DNA of 64,000 nucleotides from Vicugna vicugna (Eukaryota), in assembly GCA_013265495.1 (NCBI GenBank), contig MU061579.1, positions 2,911,319 to 2,975,318 on the forward strand. The letters are read 5' to 3'. Below, in pieces: positions 59,691 through 64,000 of this stretch. Position 1 is the stretch's first letter. Each line of letters opens with the position of its first letter. A model generated the notes under the pieces. That model ran no database searches. It was given only the letters and a program-made list of their open reading frames with translations, and was not told where the DNA came from. A program made the position numbers and the translations under genes.

Positions 59691-62600
59691 TAGCATATTT
59701 CTTTGTGACATTTTTCTTCCTACTGTGTATAATTGCTCTTTCTCTTTCTGTTCCATGTCAGTTTTACATGGGTTCTAAAGTTTATTGAGGAATTCTCTGC
59801 TATTCAATTTTACAATTTATTCCAAGAATGATTCACTTTTTCCTCTTTGTTCTCTCCTTCAATCTTAACATGCATGTGTATCGCATATGACTCAAGATTA
59901 TGTTTTTGAAATATGATGTTCTATTACCCCCACTGTCCTTTTTCTGTTAAATCATCTGGACCATTCTATGCTAGTCTGCATCAGGGAAAATATGCCATAC
60001 AATGGAGCATGGAAAATGGGAATCTATTCCTGGATTTCCATTTTTTAAATCCTAGTCACCTAAAGAAATGCAAAGGAGTCAGAACAGAGAAAAATGAGTA
60101 AGTGCAAGACTTTCTCCCCTGTTCAGCTCTAAGGCTCAGAAAGACACTTCTAGGCTTAAGAAAGAAATGAAATTCTATGGGAAAGCAAGACGGAGTGGGA
60201 CCCAGGAGAAGGAGGTCTTCTTATAAGACTGGGGAATTTTAAAGGTAAAGACAATTTTACATGACTGTCTTTAAAGGAAAGACAATTTTACATGACTGTC
60301 TGGGTAGAACCACAAGGTAGAGAGGTGGTAACACTCCAGCAGAGTGTAGGCGAAGCCTTAAACAGTGTTGTAAGTCTGTCACGGCAGGCACAGCGATTCA
60401 AATACAGCCAGTTGGGGCAAGGTAGTGATTGAGGTACACACAAAATCTGGAAGAGCTAAAAAGATGGGAATGGAACATATTTCCACAGCGTTTCATATGG
60501 ATCAATGACCAGTGACTAAGGACAATTATAAATACCTTGGTGGAAATATTATAGGTGGATATCTGACTTAGGGAACAAGTTTTACTTTACTCCCCCTTTA
60601 TTGATTCCATGACTCAGTCCACATACCCAGAACTAAGGCTAAAAGAAAATATTGACTCCAAATTAAAATTTAGTTTCTACAGTGGCAGCATAATGAAGAT
60701 TAAAAATGAGTTTTAAAGTAAGATTTATACTCAGCACGTATGCTAATTGTTTCTTCACAACTTAATGAAAAGAGGTATCAAGATGAAAGAACATTTATGC
60801 ATTGTTTCATTTCAGCATAAATACATAAAACCACATTTTCAAAACAAAGATAAAGGAGGCTCTTGAGAGTGGTATGGTTGGCAGTCTGTATTTAAATTTG
60901 AAATGTTAGGCATCACTACATGTATTATAGTCATAATAATTGCTAAAAATTGCTTACTTAAGGCCAAATTTTCTCATCAAAAGACATGGGCTTTGTAGAA
61001 AGATTGAAAGAAAGAGAATTTTAATTCTGATAAAATAAGAGGCCCTGAAGGGACTCACTATTTCAGTGAAATAATTATTGAGAGTAAGATCATGAAAGAT
61101 GCCAGGTTTCCTAAGAACGATCCTGTCCTATTATGTGACTTTAAGAATATTATCATTTTGTTCTAATCAAACTAACCCACATGAACTTGCTGTATATATT
61201 TGTGCCAGATGCTCCCTGAACGTCAGCAAAACTGCAAATGGTACGACAGTCATATTAATTCCAAGACTGCACGTGTCCTGCTCCTCGCTTATATGACTGA
61301 AGGAAGTTAGGCCTTTTTATTGATTTACTTTGGTCTCTAAGAAATAGTCTTACGTATGCTCTTAAATCAAGTTACGTCGTGCCTTGAATCCACTTCCGTT
61401 GCTCAGTTCTGGCAAATCAAGCTACCATTGCCAAAACAGCCATCATTCTGTTGACTCAAGATTCAACCTCGTTCTCTGCCCTTGCCTTTGCTAAAATTAG
61501 GCTCTGCTATGGGTCCTGTTGTTACCTGACCCCTGAGCCCCACTTTTGAGACTACTCATAAGAACTTTGTTTTTTTGAGAAAATATCATTCAAGGGTGCT
61601 TAATCTAGCTCCGTAATTTTGCCATATTGTTTCATCCCACAACCCCCACTGACCATTGCATATGCTTTTATGTGTCTGAACACCACTTGTGGAACTGATT
61701 TAAATTATTTTCTGCAGTGACTGTTAAGTTCCTATGCATTTCAATTGATACAAATATATGCTGTAAGAATGAAGAGGAAATGGCAATCAACATAACCTGG
61801 ATAATTATGAATCCTAGCTCTAGCCAAGCTAACTAACCCTAGTGTATGATTTCACTGTCCTGTGATATCTTTAGCAAAAATATAAACCATCATTACATAT
61901 GGAATCCACTCAAATTTCAATTTATTCCAGCCCTATTAGAAACAAGTGATCAAACAATGTATCATTAACACTGACAGGAGGTGAAAGTTTGAGAACATAA
62001 AGAATGAGAATTGATAAATACCATGTATGTAACTTTAAAAAGATTGAAAATAAGTTCATCTCTGCATCTCTGAGATGTTCACTAACTGAAACAAGCCACA
62101 AATTTGGACCTTGTATATGTTTGAAATCTGCAAGGAAGATTCCTTGAGTGAACAACCTACTAAGAATCAACTGAATAAAGACATTTACTGCAATGAAGTG
62201 TTTACAGGTGACAATTTAAACTGATTGTAGAGTGAATATATAATCCCAAGTGTGTCTTCAAAAACCAGTTGACAAGTTTCAAATGTTTTGGTTCACAATC
62301 TGACATTTAGGTTACCAATTTATTTCAAATGAGCAAAGGTTAGCAAGAAACAAACAGATTTGAATTTCCTTGACAAAGGCTCCCAAGACTCATGTATCTT
62401 ATTTCTTTGGCTCTTTTTAGATGTTGGTGACTTTTAATGTCTGTTCTGAGTTATTCCTTCTGCAACTTTTTCCAAAATTCACTTCACCTTAGCTGCTTGC
62501 CATCACCATGTGTTTAGCTTATAATCTGAAACTGACCCCTGATTGCTTCTGAAGACCTCAATGCTTCATCAGTTATAATGACATAGAGTTGAATGTTACT

Positions 62601-64000
62601 GAATTCTGTATTCTGAAAACCATAAAAAACAAAATAAAAACAAAAATTACTCCCCAAGGCAGTATTTTTCTAGGATAACAGTAGTGTAATATTCATATAA
62701 ATAAATCATAGGAAGTAGTTCAAACTCAATACATTCATTATTTATTTACATAATAACACATATAATGAGTTATATGCATTATTATTGCATTTCAAGTTGT
62801 CTGTACACTACAGCTTCAATGATTCAATGCATTCGATGTTGCTTATTGCACTTTCTGGAATCACATACACTTAATGTTAGTCAATTGAATAATTATATTG
62901 ATTTATATTTCAACTCTTGATTTTGAAATATTATAAGCTATTCTGATTCAATAAACTCTTTACCTTAATAAAAAGCAATGGTGGTTTTTGTTTGTTTGCT
63001 TATTTTTGTACCTCAGTCTCAAAGATTTGAACATTTTCCACATTAGATCTATTCTGAGTTAATTCTGGGCTCCAGAAGGAAAAAGTGGCTTTCATCCCCT
63101 TGCCCCAACTTTTCACAAACCTATGCTAAAGGGCACTGCCTTGGAGAGTTATTCTGCCCTGTGGCTGTTATGTAGGTCCTGTACACTGACGTCATGTTTG
63201 CCTCTGTGATCTTGTCTTTCAAGGAACTCACAAGTAATTCTTTGTCACGTAGTACAACACCACAAGTGTAAGGTGTAATTTTCTTAATAAAAATTCATTC
63301 TTTTTAATAACCAGCGACAGATAGTGTTGTACTCTGGTCACACATCATCCAGAATTTGCTATGGACTCTCGCCTAAGACAGGTCTGAGACCTTCCTGGTG
63401 TCATCAGCACTCAAGAAATCCTTTAAGTTTTTTCCCACCGAACATTTTGAGAGACACAAAGCTTCAAAAATGTCATGTGCTTGTTATGGATAAGGGATAG
63501 ATTATTTTACATTCCAAAGACAATAAAGGACATATATCCTGGGTTCAAAATGAGAAAACCATTCTGTGCCAATTTCCTTTTGCATTTATATGAAGCACAA
63601 AATACAAATAAGTGTCTGAATCCAGAATACTTGTTTCTTTCTTTTATTTAGTTTATAAAGTCCTGTATTTTCTTTTTAATGTGAATTTACACTTTGGCCA
63701 CACAAGAATTACCTTAAAACAGAACAAAAAGACCATTTTTATGGAGTAAATGAAAGATAAGCTATAACTAGGTCAGCTTCAAGAACGACAGAATCATTCC
63801 ATTAATCACAGCTTCAGATCATTCTGTCATATACTCACAGGCTTCATTACCGTTTTCTCAGGTTAACAAAGATCAGCCAGTTGAATCCATAAATAGGATT
63901 CCCATCCACATCATTGCAAATGCACTGTCAAAGAATGTTTGCGACTATAGTCTTTAGTAAAGCAATACATATAAACAATGAAGCATCTGCTGTTCTCTTA

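Noticed and set aside
62401..62425. Strong plus-strand acceptor-like site (tttctttggctctttttag|ATG)
   Set aside because: No matching donor or supportable ORF nearby.
1..64000. All ORFs in the supplied track as genes
   Set aside because: All are 137 aa or shorter, many start at non-ATG codons, none resembles a protein I recognise, and many overlap microsatellites or decayed repeats.
1..64000. Prokaryotic-type system (CRISPR array, operon, defence island, prophage)
   Set aside because: No repeat-spacer array and no dense coding; the repeat content is unambiguously mammalian.

Overview
AT-rich, CpG-poor mammalian nuclear DNA (intergenic or deep intronic), most likely from a camelid (Camelus/Lama/Vicugna). 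That inference rests on four tRNA-Ala(AGC)-derived SINEs with the vic-1-type tail AAACCTAATTACCTCCCC and on artiodactyl/camelid-type L1 3' ends. No protein-coding gene, rRNA, true tRNA gene, CRISPR array or operon-like system can be supported. All supplied ORFs are short and are explained by microsatellites, decayed repeats or chance. The window is a mosaic of ancient eutherian repeats (L2, MIR, L1MB/MC/ME, MLT1, LTR16, LTR33, MER5-like), lineage-specific insertions (SINEs, short L1 tails, two ERV1 solo LTRs) and simple repeats, with several unique enhancer-like blocks. The best leads are: an L1MC1-type element whose 5'UTR is fused directly to late ORF2 inside one apparent TSD; three minus-strand candidate exons, including a 21-nt microexon; a MER41-like solo LTR with a GAS-type site; a SINE with a duplicated tail; and several hairpin-associated micro-duplications. 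I did not find a convincing novel biological system. Repeat family names come from recalled consensus sequences, not a database search, and boundaries of old repeats are approximate.
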